Origin: Candidatus Parvarchaeum sp.
Lineage (GTDB): Archaea; Nanobdellota; Nanobdellia; Pacearchaeales; GW2011-AR1
Reading direction: 5' to 3'
Length of the DNA: 32,000 bases
Assembly (NCBI GenBank): GCA_020724955.1
Contig: DYFY01000004.1
Location: forward strand, 34,051 to 66,050
Shown here: positions 31,673-32,000 of the stretch, in pieces
How positions within the stretch are numbered: the first letter of the stretch is position 1
Layout of the letters: each line of letters opens with the position of its first letter
Program-made: the position numbers and the translations under genes
Notes under the pieces: model-generated
Seen by the model: only the letters and a program-made list of their open reading frames with translations
Told to the model about the DNA's origin: nothing
The model's database searches: none

Positions 31673-32000
31673 CTCCGAAAATAAAACTTCAAGAAGATGA
31701 CGTAGTGCTTTGCACAGTAAAAAGAATACAAGGGACTACTGTTTTTCTGGATGTTTTCCAAAATGGCTCTGTTGTTGAAGGAACAATGATTTTTTCAGAG
31801 GTTTCCCCCGGAAGAATAAGAAATATCCGTGAATTCATAGCCATCAACAAAAAAATAGTCTGTAAAATCCTGCGTGTTAAGCCCGATCACGTTGAGCTCT
31901 CTTTAAGAAGAGTTACAGCCGGAGAGCGCGAGCAGGTTTTGGAAAAAGACAGAAAAGAAAAGATGCTTCTGAACATGCTAAGAACAGTCTTCAAGGAATC
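31669..32000 (+). CDS. eif2a: Translation initiation factor aIF2 alpha subunit, N-terminal S1 domain (3'-truncated by the window edge)
   Basis: My translation is MTPKIKLQEDDVVLCTVKRIQGTTVFLDVFQNGSVVEGTMIFSEVSPGRIRNIREFIAINKKIVCKILRVKPDHVELSLRRVTAGEREQ... It matches the aIF2-alpha S1/OB pattern (ISEV..G...NIR........V.KVLRVD......LSLRRVT). The rps27e-eif2a linkage is conserved in archaea. Confidence 0.75.
   Translation, partial: MTPKIKLQEDDVVLCTVKRIQGTTVFLDVFQNGSVVEGTMIFSEVSPGRIRNIREFIAINKKIVCKILRVKPDHVELSLRRVTAGEREQVLEKDRKEKMLLNMLRTVFKE

Noticed and set aside
31489-31761. 90-aa minus-strand ORF.
   Set aside because: It is antisense to the rps27e/eif2a pair, both of which have strong family signatures and ATGA coupling.
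1-32000. A search by eye for CRISPR arrays, rRNA genes, SRP RNA/RNase P-like GC-rich structured segments, and C/D-box sRNAs in intergenic gaps.
   Set aside because: No regularly spaced direct repeats of 24-40 nt were seen. No long GC-rich non-coding blocks were seen. No RUGAUGA...CUGA pairs were found in the intergenic regions inspected. Absence by eye is not proof.

Overview
This window looks like a chromosomal segment of a small-genome archaeon, probably DPANN-like. All family calls come from reading motifs in the supplied translations; no database search or numerical computation was run.

The archaeal assignment rests on the housekeeping genes:
- Ribosomal proteins eL42 (L44e), eS1 (S3Ae), uS15 and eS27.
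- aIF2-alpha, standalone Bud32, Gins51 and a RecJ/Cdc45-like DHH protein.
- FtsY and SRP54.
- Three intron-less tRNAs without encoded CCA: Val-GAC, Thr-TGT and Gln-TTG. The tRNA-Gln has the archaeal A1:U72 pair.
- First genes mostly have a TATA box 25-30 nt upstream of the ATG (leaderless layout). Internal operon genes use GGAGG-type ribosome-binding sites.

The housekeeping backbone is interrupted by accessory DNA:

1. nt 1 to about 6050 is visibly AT-richer: about 35% G+C in a hand-counted 100-nt sample, against 39-45% in two samples further right.
   - It carries a tightly packed AEP PrimPol, a NurA-like nuclease, a HerA-like ATPase, and a convergent Myb/SANT-HTH + TRM1-like methyltransferase.
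   - These are followed by a SWIM + DDE transposase and a small RHH protein.
   - This is the best candidate for an undescribed system. It could be a NurA-HerA effector with a modification component, or the replication/maintenance module of an integrated element.
2. nt 6130-14861 is a cell-surface locus with three genes.
   - A lipobox lipoprotein.
   - A 2007-aa Cys-rich secreted giant with a thrombospondin type-3 calcium-binding repeat.
   - A translationally coupled 620-650-aa protein with a pilin-like (class III) signal motif.
3. A complete IS4/IS5-type insertion sequence lies at 15561-16567 with a 9-bp target duplication. A 117-bp MITE with the same termini lies at 20963-21079, also with a 9-bp duplication.
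4. nt 24.2-28.6 kb is an accessory stretch containing:
   - a RelE-type toxin-antitoxin pair with operator-like repeats;
   - YdeI-like, DUF1059-like and DUF4349-like proteins;
   - a lipoprotein-like protein;
   - an AbrB-nucleotidyltransferase fusion.

No CRISPR array or rRNA was seen.
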